This document shows positions 53,611 through 64,000 of a stretch of DNA of 64,000 bases, piece after piece; the stretch's first letter is position 1, and each line of letters opens with the position of its first letter. The position numbers were made by a program, and so were the translations under genes. The stretch lies in the NCBI RefSeq assembly GCF_036321535.1, contig NC_087436.1, forward strand, positions 92,754,001 to 92,818,000, given 5' to 3'. The notes under the pieces were generated by a model. That model worked only from the letters and a program-made list of their open reading frames with translations. It was not told the origin of the DNA and ran no database searches. The DNA comes from Camelus dromedarius (lineage: Eukaryota).

Positions 53611-55218
53611 CTAGAAAATAAATATTAAAGCATAAGTTAATATTTCACTAAAGAATTACAATGGTTCATGCATAAAGTCTTAATATTTAAAATGGAAATA
53701 TAAATTAAAATCCTAGCCAGATAAGGATTTTGATGGGAAAGAGTTCAAACGAGGACAACGAGATAGTTGGTATCTTCATAAGAGAAAACAAAAATTAAAA
53801 CTTTGATGGTCATCTCATTTTTTAATACTTGGAAGGGTAATACACACACACACACAGAAGAATGTTATACCATGACCTAAGTTAAATTGATGACATAAAA
53901 GAATAATGGTTTAATTAGTAAAAAAAATTTTGGGGGGCTTCAAAATCAACACTATTTGAAACCTAAGGTTGTGGATACCAGATGCAGTAAGATCCACAAC
54001 CATATCCAGTAACTTCTGGATTTTGTTTGTATGCCCAGTAACAAGAGAATCCTTTCTCAGCCCTGACTCAGAAAAATAAGCAGTTATAAACAGTAATCGG
54101 TTTTTTTGGGGGGGAGGGGGAAGGACAACTGCACTTCCCTTATAATCCCAGACACTCTTAAATTAAAGATACCAAGAATAGCTTTAATCCAAGGTGTACA
54201 GAAGGAATTAACACATATATTTTAAAATTCTAAATGAAATTCAAATCAAACATCTGTAGAATTTTCAATAATACCTTTTTGGAACTCTAGGCTTCCCTGA
54301 CATAGATGTTTAAAATTTTTTAACACAGTCCAATACTCATAATTCTGTTAAACTTGAGGTTTCCTAAAGCTATGTGATTTGTTTGAGTATACGGAAATGA
54401 TGCCAGAGTAAGAACTAGAAATATAAGCTTTTCAATCTTAAAGCTTATCTCCTTCCACTGTAGTCTAAAACTACACCATGAGATACAGAAGCTGACGGGT
54501 GCCACATGACCAATCTGCATTTGTCAAGGGAGCTATAGTCAGAGCAGCCAAGCAGGGTAATCTCCAAGAAGTTCCCATGAGAGGAAAAAAAAAGACAGCT
54601 TTTAAGTATCTACAAAGGCCAGAGAAAACCCGTGCAAGATGATGTGGTGCCAATAAAGTAGTACTTTTCTGTCCCCTGTCTCTACCTTCAGTGCTGCCAG
54701 AGGCAGCCTAGGGAGTAAGAGAGAACAGAAGCCCTTAGGTGAGAAAATACAGAAGGTAACCATGCTCCCATTCTCCCAACGTAGGCTTCCTAACAGAATG
54801 AGGGAAAGGGGAAGCTTTAATTTTAAATACAATTGTAGCATATGACTATTATAAGAGACTGGATAATTTAATTACTGGTAAGAAATTATTCTTGGGACTA
54901 AAAGTGAACAGATGTCTTCTTGTTTTTCAACAGTAACTGCAGAAATTAATGGCATTGCCCAACACTGCAACCAAGGAAGCAGTGTTTAACGATGGGCCTA
55001 CAGAGATACTCTTAACATCTCACTGAATCATACGGATTTAGAAGTCATGTCCAGTCACGATCTAAAAAACACAACTACAGATATATAACCCTGTATTATA
55101 GTCAAGAAGGTATATGTTGGTCCCATTCTTTAATATCAATTTTACAAAGGCATTCTACTGCACTTAATCATTATTTCATACTAATTCAAAACTGATCAGG
55201 GGTCAGGGGGTAGATTAC

Positions 55219-55354
55219 CCATAGAAGAGATTCTATTGGTTGAGGATTAAGCAATCCCATGACTCCATGGTACCAAGATAATCCTGCACCCATCATGAAA
55301 ATACCAACACCACTAATCAGTGAAACAATATAGCGCATATTTGAAAATCCATAC
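55219..55354 (-). CDS. SLC30A9: ZnT9 coding exon (~exon 11, 136 nt)
   Basis: tttcag|G...TGG|gtaatc. Encodes YGFSNMRYIVSLISGVGIFMMGAGLSWYHGVMGLLNPQPIESLLW. Confidence 0.95.
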
Positions 55355-56401
55355 CTGAAAAATAAAAAAAGATAATACAGTTTACAAGAAATACCAGATA
55401 ATTTCCTTTCAAAGTATCTGTTTAACAGGTCAATGAAAAAGTAAAAAAAAAAAAACTCCCTACAACATTAAGATGTTATGACTTTACATTTAAGTAAAAT
55501 GTAAGTGCCAAACTCAAATCTAATCAGAAAATCAATAGATAATGTGGAAGAACTGCAAGATCTATGAAAATATATAAAAAGAGTGAATATGATCTAATTC
55601 AGGTATTTTTTAAGCCCTCTTCAGTGTAATTTGCTTTGAATTACTAGAGTGACTTTACTCTTATGTACCACAAAAGCTGGTAAAATTTATTTTTTAAATG
55701 CATCCAGATGTTTAATGAAGAGGATAACATTTAAATTTCTTTGAAATGCAGCTTCTAATTAAATATTTTGGTCTTATTTTACAGCCAGTCAATCATTTAT
55801 ATTACCTATAATTTGATGCTAGATACTTGTTTCTGGTTTTGTATAGCTTAGCACACAGCAACTAACTACTATTATTAAGACTAAAAGCTTCAGTTTTCTG
55901 GGTGTTTTCATAGCACCTTTTTTGTTAAGGCAAGTATTTTTTAAAAAATCTCTGGTCAATGTATGCATTACTTTGTATTACTATATGTACAAATAAAATA
56001 CTGAGCATTAAGAAATGTAAAAATACAACATACTATAAGAGAAAAAGAATCACTCATTAACAAAAATATTTTCTGGGAAATTTACTCCCAAACTCTATGG
56101 CACCTTTCCAGCAGATGCAAACAGACAAGAGTCCTTAATTAAAATTACTTTCTGAATTCCTTTTGCAAATACTATAATCTAGCCATAGGAAATTCTCAGT
56201 TTATAGATGTGACAATGTTCTACCAGCTTGATTTAGAAAAATTTACTTTCTTCTAAAGTCTTCTCCCAAAGTAACACAGGATATGTGTGTATACATATAT
56301 ATATGTTAAAGTAAATTAAGATCTAAATTAAGTGGCATTACTTTCATTTTATGTGTTTTCAAGTTGTAGGTTCTTACTGAAATTTTCAGTTATGTAGATC
56401 T

Positions 56402-56600
56402 ACAGTGTCCAATATAAGTCACTAGCTACATAAGACTATTTAAATTTAAATTAATTAAAATTAAATAAAATTTTAATACAGTTCTTCAAATGCACTAGCC
56501 ACATTTCAAGTGCTCAATTGCCACATGTAGCTAGTGACTATCATATTGGACAGATATAAGTATTTCTATTATTGTAAAAAATTCTATTGGGAAACACTAA
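56402..56600. mobile_element. MER33/MER3-type hAT element
   Basis: tttaaatttaaattaattaaaattaaataaaa...cactagccacatttcaagtgctcaat...tattggacag. Confidence 0.8.
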
Positions 56601-57529
56601 AGTAGTACCTTAAGAAATTTTCACAACTGAAAATTTTAAAATTTTACTGTTTTTAAATATTTGGTATTTAAAACTAGTCAGGAAAAAATGTTTTTCTTGA
56701 CGTATTAAAATATTGTAACGATGTATAACTAGCTGATGAAAAAGCTAGTTATCCTCTATATAAGCTTATTGATAGCTGCAGCTATAGGATATTCAAAATA
56801 TGCTATTATTTATTAAAATACAGGAGTGTCTGGCTTTCAAGTAGAGAAAGGCATTTAAATAAAGCATAGAGGCAGACTCCTTCATAGAAATAAAAGTGTA
56901 TTTTTTGGCTTAAGAAAAATTTAATTGCTCAAATTTGCATTACTGAGACTTGTTAAAAAAATGCACCTAGAATTACAAAAATTTTACATGGTTGTAGAAG
57001 CAATTGAAAAAAATCTTTGTATCAAATAATATGATTCAAAACAATATATTCTAAAACACATACTCATTTTACAAATAAGTAACTTCGAAAAATTAACAGA
57101 ATACTATTTCCAAATCACATGGGGATTAAAATACATTAAGCATAGATTTAACAAAAATCATCACTAAAATTTTAGACTGAGTGGCCTATTGGTCTAAATG
57201 TGGCATAGATATTTCCTTTGACCAAATAAAACAGAATTCTAAGACCAAAATATGTGCGTCGTTACTATCAAATATGAACAGGATAAGATCTCTATGCTAT
57301 GTATGTTACAAAGCATAAAAGTAATTTGAACTCCATTTTCAAATTATATCTTGAATTTACTTTGACACAGCAGTGAGTCCTGCATTACAGATACTATATA
57401 GTGGAAGAAATGACTAAATCACAAAACTGCAGGTATATAAACTGCAAGAGATTCCTAAAATTCAGTTGCTATTATTTCAATGACTTGCTGCCAAAACAAA
57501 CAAAAACAAAATAAAGACAATGTCCTTAC

Positions 57530-57585
57530 GGATGAGTAGGATCTGGTGTTTGAACAGACTTACTGATGCCCAATGCCAGTAAGCC
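57530..57585 (-). CDS. SLC30A9: ZnT9 coding exon (~exon 10, 56 nt)
   Basis: cttag|GGC...CC|gtaagg. Encodes GLLALGISKSVQTPDPTHP; the HP joins the next exon to form the CDF HPYG motif. Confidence 0.95.
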
Positions 57586-58402
57586 CTAAGGAGAAAAAAA
57601 GGTAAATAATCATTAGCAAAATGGAGAGTAAAATGAAATGAAGCTAATCCGGAGGGCACAACCTGACAATGACTAAGAAACACGTAACATGGGCAGCATT
57701 CAATAACCCAACAATTCTAGTTTCCAGTCTCACCAGAGGGAAATAAAGATGAACCCAAAGGGATTGAAAACAACATTGCTTATAAAGATGAAAAATGTGA
57801 AGGCAACCTAAAACTCCTTCAGTGGGGAGAAGCAAAATAAAATGGTGGCATAACCAAACCATAAGTTACCTCTACAACAGTGTAAAAGAATGGAGTTTGG
57901 ACAGAGCGCTCTGCACTGACATGGTGAAAGCTCCTGGACATACCATTGAATGGACGGGAAAAAGACAAGTTTAGAAACAGTACGTACAGTAAGTACAGAA
58001 GAACTTCTGTCTTGTAGCTTTTGTATACAACATATAATGTAAAGCAGAGGAAAAGGTCTCAAAGAACTCATATTTAACTACGTCTATACCTCTGAGGAGA
58101 GAAGTAGGATTAGGGTGGTCTGTAATATTTGATTTTTGCAGGAAAAATGACTTGTATAGCTGTACAAATAAAAGATAGTAAAAGCTTTAAAGAGCATATA
58201 TTGTGTATGGACACGATACATTTACACCTCTAGTAAAACTGCAAAACCAGGCACGTGAAGTATACATATCAATGTATATGTAGCAGTGATTGCCTGGGAT
58301 GTGGAAGGAGGGAATAAAGATGGAAGACTAGTTATAACTAAAATTTTATTTCCTCAGGAAAAAAAAAAGTCTAAAGTAAATATGACAAAAATCCAAGTCT
58401 TT

Positions 58403-59040
58403 ATTCTTTTATTGAAGTATAGCTGACTTACAATGTTGTGTTAGTTTCTGGTGTAAAGTGATTCACTGATACATACATATATATTCTCTTTCATATTCTT
58501 TTCCATTATAGGTTATTAGAAGCTAGTAAGTGTAGCTCCCTGTGCTATACAGCAGGACTTCTGTTGTTTATCTATTTTACATATAGTAGTTTGTATCTGC
58601 TAATGTCAAACTCCTAATTTATCCCTCTCCCGCCTTTCCCTTTTGGTAACTGTAAGTTTGTTTTCTACATCTGTGAGTCTTTTTCTGTTTTGTAAATAAG
58701 TTCATTTGTGTCATTTTGTTATATTCCACATATCAGTGATACCATATGATATTTGTCCTTCTCTGTCTGACTTACTTCAGTAAGTATGACAATCTCCAGG
58801 TCCATCCATGTTGCTCTAAATGGCATTACCTCATTCATTTTTATGGTTGAGTAATATTTCATTGTATAAATATACAGTATCTTCTTTATCCAGTCATCTG
58901 TTGATGGACCTTTAGGTTGCTTCCATATCTTGGCTATTGTAAATAGTGCTGCTAATGAACACTGGGGTACATGTAACTTTTTGAATTAGACTTTTCTCCA
59001 GATATATGGAGTAGGATTGCTGGGTCATATATTAATGCTA
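58403..59040 (-). mobile_element. 5'-truncated L1 3' end with 16-bp TSD
   Basis: Antisense L1 3' UTR with an exact TSD aaaaatccaagtcttt at 58387-58402 and 59041-59056. Confidence 0.9.
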
Positions 59041-59056
59041 AAAAATCCAAGTCTTT

Positions 59057-59184
59057 TTTCGGCTGTTTTTTTCTTTTCTTTTCTTTTCTTTCTTTTTTTC
59101 TTTTTGTGCAGGTACTTGGGATTGAACCCAGGACCTGTGCATGCTAAGCATGTGCTCTAACATTGAGCTTTATTTCCACCACAA
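59057..59184 (-). mobile_element. Vic-1-like SINE, antisense
   Basis: T-rich tail, then gggattgaacccaggacctgtgcatgctaagcatgtgctcta...tgagct. Confidence 0.8.
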
Positions 59185-60139
59185 AAAAATGTAAGTCTTT
59201 AATCCTGGTTACCACCTTTCTCTCCTTCCTTCCTCCTTTGCCTTCACCTTTTCTTCCTTTCATTTCTATTTATTTGGGTTTTTGATTGTATCTTTAAAGA
59301 GTTATCCACTGGAACGTTGCAGTATTAGTATCTTTGCACATAGTATCTTTTCTATTAATTTGATATAATTTTATTTATATCAAATAAAATTATATCAAAT
59401 AAAAATATATTATTTATATAAATATATTTATATAAATAATAAGATTACTTTATTAGAATTATTTGTTTAATAAAAATACAAAGCCTCTGAGTGAATACCC
59501 TATGTGATTTTATTCGACTAGGCTGGGGCTTTTCTATTTTTTCAACATGTTATCAAACAATCAAATAGGTAAAGCTTCAAGATAACCCAATTCTTCATGG
59601 ATGAGATTTCTCTGTGGGTTACCAGACATTTACTAGAAACATTCTCTCTCTCAAGATTACACCACCTTGAAAATGGCTAAAACAAATATTACTGGATTTT
59701 TAACTTTTGATATCAGAAATCCTACCCTGAAAAAGTAAAATACTACAAGATTTTTCTACTGGACATACCATTGAATGGTATTGATTTTTCTACTGGATTC
59801 CCAAGGAAAAGAGTCAAATCTACCTAAAACACAGGTGATGGCTTTTCAGTAAATTAAACTAAGAGAATGAGAGTAAATTAAGACCATATAATTTTTAAAT
59901 CTGTATATTAAAATCAAAATTCATTATCAATTCACACAATGTGTGTGTGTTTATAATGTTTACACCATAGTCAATGAGTGTTTAATTATTTTTAAAACTC
60001 TTAATATTCAGATTGGCTGTGCAATGAAGTCTGAGGTATCAAGTGTTTTATAAACTGAACACAAGGCATATTTATTTGTTCTTCTTATAAAAGTAAGATA
60101 TCACAGACTATCACCAATCCTATTCTCCTCCAAGGATTA

Positions 60140-61190
60140 AAGTCAAAGTTCTACTTTGGAACTTCATATAAACAGAATCATACAATAACTACTCTTTTGT
60201 ATCTGCCTTCTTTTATTCAGCATACTGTTGGAAATGTATAAATGTGCTAATTAGGTAAGTATTTCATTTCTTTTTATTGCTAGATAATATTCCACTGTAT
60301 GAGAGTACCATAATTTGTTTATCCCTATGTTGATAGCCATCTGGACTGATTCTAGTTTTTGTCCACTATAGAGATTTTATGGTGCTAGAAACATTCTTAT
60401 ACAAGTCTTTGTTGACATTTGTTCCCATTTCTCTTGGGTAAATATTTAGCAGTGGAATTACTGAGTCAAATAGTAGGCACATGTTTACAAGAAACTGACA
60501 AGTGCGGGACTTTGTTCTGGCAGGTAATTAAGTTACTTGCAAATCAGTGTGATCCTTTAGAGCTTTGTTAGGGAGGTTCTAGAATACCCTTTACAACAAG
60601 GATAATTTAGCCCTACTACTAGGATCTGAGCCTTCTACTGGCCTGGGTAATCAATCAGGACTCCATTTTAGTCAGAAATTGAATAATCCAAGCCCTGTGT
60701 GAACTCTAGGAATTACTCAGCTTAATGCTGTCTGCTGATTCTTTGCCCAGTCTCATGGAACTTTACCCTACATATGTGTAAGTTAATGTTCAGCAAAGAG
60801 TCAACTCATGGAAAACCCTGTGAAGACTTCTGCAGCTTTTTGTCTGCAGAGCTTCCTCCTCTGTGGAACTCTGCCTTGTAACTTCTAGCCACTTTGGACT
60901 AGAACTCTAATATGTGTTTTCTCAACTCAATGATGGGTCTCCCACGCTACTCCACCATCCCAAATGTGCCTCCAAGCAAAAAAATCAGAGCGATCATAGA
61001 GATCACCTCATCTGTTTCCCTTCTTCAAGAATCACGGTCTTGCACTGCTATCATCCAATGTTTGAAAACACTGTTTAATATATTTTTTCTAGTTTTTCAG
61101 CTGTTTACAGCAAAAGACCAAGTCCAGTTCCCATTAGTACATCATGGCCTGGAAGCATAAGTTCTACAGATAATATTTTGCAACTTGATT
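60140..61190 (-). mobile_element. Old L1 fragments
   Basis: ttcattctttttattgct...aacattcttatacaagtcttt...catttctcttgggtaaatatttag motifs; the right part is less certain. Confidence 0.6.
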
Positions 61191-61324
61191 TTTCACTCAA
61201 ATAATGGTTATTATTCCAGATCAGTATGTAGCTATTTACCACATGCTTTTATTGTTTTAAATTAGTAAGAAAGTAAGTAAAATTCAGTAAGAAATTTAGT
61301 AAGAAAGAAGCTCTTACCCCTTAC

Positions 61325-61427
61325 CTGATTACAAGTATCAGATAAAGAGTGTATAGCTTCTGAGAACATACTTGCTGAACCTGTATAAATCCAGGCAAGA
61401 AATTTGAAGAAGCAGTTTAATCCATTG
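61325..61427 (-). CDS. SLC30A9: Zinc transporter ZnT9 coding exon (~exon 9, 103 nt)
   Basis: tag acceptor and CAG|gtaag donor. Encodes NGLNCFFKFLAWIYTGSASMFSEAIHSLSDTCNQ, which contains the CDF-family TM2 HxxxD motif. Confidence 0.95.
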
Positions 61428-62976
61428 CTAGAAGAGAAAGAGAAAATAATTTAGCACAAGTTTATATAATAATTTCCAACAAAAGCTTATCTATATACTA
61501 GATTCTATTCAAAGTAGCATCCAAGACTTACTATGTTTTAGGCAGTTAAGAGTACACATATGAAGAACACAGTGTATCATTAAATACTCAAATGGAGAGG
61601 CATGATGTGTGCAAGCAAATTACCTAAGCACATTTTGAGAACTGATGAGAAAAGGTATTCTACATTTGGACAAACTGAAAATAGAAAGGAAATTATGTGC
61701 TTTAGATAGGTAAAGAGGATCGACACTTGATATTGTTCAGTAGACCAGTGTCAGAGGCAAGATGTTAGTGAAGGTCAGTTTATTAAGTAGGCAGATGCCA
61801 GAGGTGAAGACAAATCTAGACCAAGTAGTCTGTGTCATACTAGGGGACCATACATGCTAAAATAAACATGGTTAGCTCCAAGGAAGCCAGCTGTGCTCAG
61901 AATCCAACAGTAAAAACTGGTACATTTATCTCAGGCACTATACTATATTCACTTACCATGTTTTATTATAACTCTATTATATAAATATTAGCAAATATTA
62001 ACATCCTCAATTTATAAATGAGGAAACTGTACATCCCCTCCCAGCTATCCTTTTCCCCTCTCCTCCACTTCAGGTAAGTTCTTGAAAAAAATTGTATCTG
62101 CTCTTGCTGTCTCAGTTTTCCTTACTTTGCACTCAGTTTTCAATCACTAAACAGTGGCTTCTGCCTCCAACATGTGATTAGACTGTTCTTATCAACACTG
62201 CCAACTGTTTCTTGCTATTAAATTTATGAAGACATTTAAATATTTTCCTTTATCTTATAGAAGCATTTGCCACTATTTTCTTTAAACACTGTCTTCCTTG
62301 GTTTCCATGATACTCTTGATTTTCTTCTGACCTTTCTCTTTACTCTTCTGCAGGTTCTTTTTCCTCCATCCATTTGTTAAACATTAGTATTCTTCAAGGT
62401 TTTTTCCCAAGAGCTTTTTCTTCCTCATACACTATACACACATTCTCAAGGTGATCTTTACTCCTATGGCTTTAAAATTATCATCTATATACTAATAACT
62501 CTCAACTCTATGTCTCTAATCCAAATCCCCCTCCTGAGCTTCAGACCAAAATGTATTAACAATAATTGTTAAGTACATATTATGTTTCAGGTGCTACTAT
62601 GCTAAGCAGTATATACATAACACACAAATTCCTCCAATGAAGAAAGCTTTAATTGCTAATTCTGCTTTATTGACAAAAAGAATTAATCCTGTTGACCAAC
62701 TCCACCTGGGTGCCCTATAAATAACTCACACTCAAAAAGGAACTCATTATTTCCTTTGCTCCCACCCTGCCCTCTCCTTCCAGTTTCCTTCTCTCAGTGA
62801 TGGTGCAATATCTATCCAATTGTCCAAACCAGTAACTTGGGCATTCAATGCCCATAACTTCCAAATATTTTTTTAACCTAACCATGTCTCTCCACCCCAA
62901 CTACCACTATCTTTTCTGTATTACTATAAATGATTTCTTCTAGTCTAGTGCCCCTCCAATCCTTGAAGATAAAAGT

Positions 62977-63625
62977 ATGTATTGTATCTTTTCTCCATAT
63001 CCTTGCCAACATTTGTTATTTGTGTTCTTTTTGATGATGGCCGTTCTGACAGGTGTGAGATGGTGTCTCATTGTGATTTTGATTTGCATTGCCCTGATTT
63101 TGGTGATGTTAAGCAGCTTTTCATTTTCCTGTTGGCCATCTGCATTTCCTCTTGTGGAAAAATGTCTATTCAGTTCTTCTGCCCATATTTTAAATGGGTT
63201 GTTTATTTGCTTTTTAACTGAAGTACAGTTGATTTAAAATGTTGTATTAGTTTCTGGTATACAGCATGGATGGACTTAGAGGGCATTATGCTAAGTGAAA
63301 TAAATCAGACAGAGAAAGACAAATACTGTAAGGTATCACTTACATGTGGAATCTAAAACAATACGACAATTAGTGAATATAACAGAACAGAAACAGACTC
63401 ACAGATGTAGAGAAGGAACTAGTGGTTACCAGTGGGGAGGGGGAAGGAGGAGGGGCAAGACGGAGGTGGGAGGATTAAGAGGTACAAACTACCAGGTATA
63501 AAATAAGCTACAAGGATGGATTGTACAGCATGGGGAATATCCAATGTTTTATAATAACTATAAATGGAGTATAATCTTTAAAAATTGTGACTCACTGTAC
63601 TGTATACCTGTAACATACAATATTG
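62977..63625. mobile_element. Composite L1 3' fragments in both orientations
   Basis: 62977-~63265 is antisense (ccttgccaacatttgttatt...tcattgtgattttgatttgcatt). ~63265-63625 is sense (catggatggacttagagggcattatgctaagtgaaataa). Confidence 0.8.
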
Positions 63626-64000
63626 TTTAAAAATATGATTTTAAAATACACTGTAAAATAAATTTTAAAAATGATATTGTAAAATAAATACATAAAGTTA
63701 AAAAAAGAATTATGTATTATACCTTTGTATTTCCAGACTCTATCAAAATTCCTGACACATGTAATATATATATTTTAGAAATAAAAGAACAAACTAATGT
63801 ATTAGGGAATTAATGCTCTTAAACATCCTAAAACAGATTACTCAGTAAAATAGATAAAAGGTAAGCAAAACAATAGGAATTAAGAAGACAGAAGAATACT
63901 TCAATAAATATATATGTATATAAAAAAAAAAACCCAACCCCCCCCAAAACAAGTTCATGCTCTATAGCACAGGGAACTATATTTGATACCTTGTAGTAAC

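Overview
Mammalian genomic DNA, AT-rich and repeat-dense. It is probably a camelid, judged from a short tRNA-derived SINE resembling Vic-1. The window holds the 3' ends of two convergent genes. BEND4 (+) contributes its last two coding exons (3985-4225, 7804-8021) and a ~6 kb 3' UTR. SLC30A9/ZnT9 (-) contributes ten coding exons from 61427 down to the stop at 36906. These splice in frame through GT-AG introns into 322 full codons plus stop. The rest is L1, L2, MIR, SINE, MaLR/ERV LTR and DNA-transposon remnants (Tigger1, Charlie1, MER5, MER33). Repeat family names come from motif recognition and their boundaries are approximate. Exon numbers follow my recollection of the human 18-exon model. 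I found no new multi-gene system. The most unusual signals are a 47-bp pre-miRNA-like hairpin in the intergenic gap (24245-24347), a small CpG-rich promoter-like motif cluster upstream of it (~20500), a templated-insertion scar (59749-59797), back-to-back AT palindromes (59358-59441), a reused retrotransposon target site, and an in-frame read-through of the BEND4 penultimate exon.
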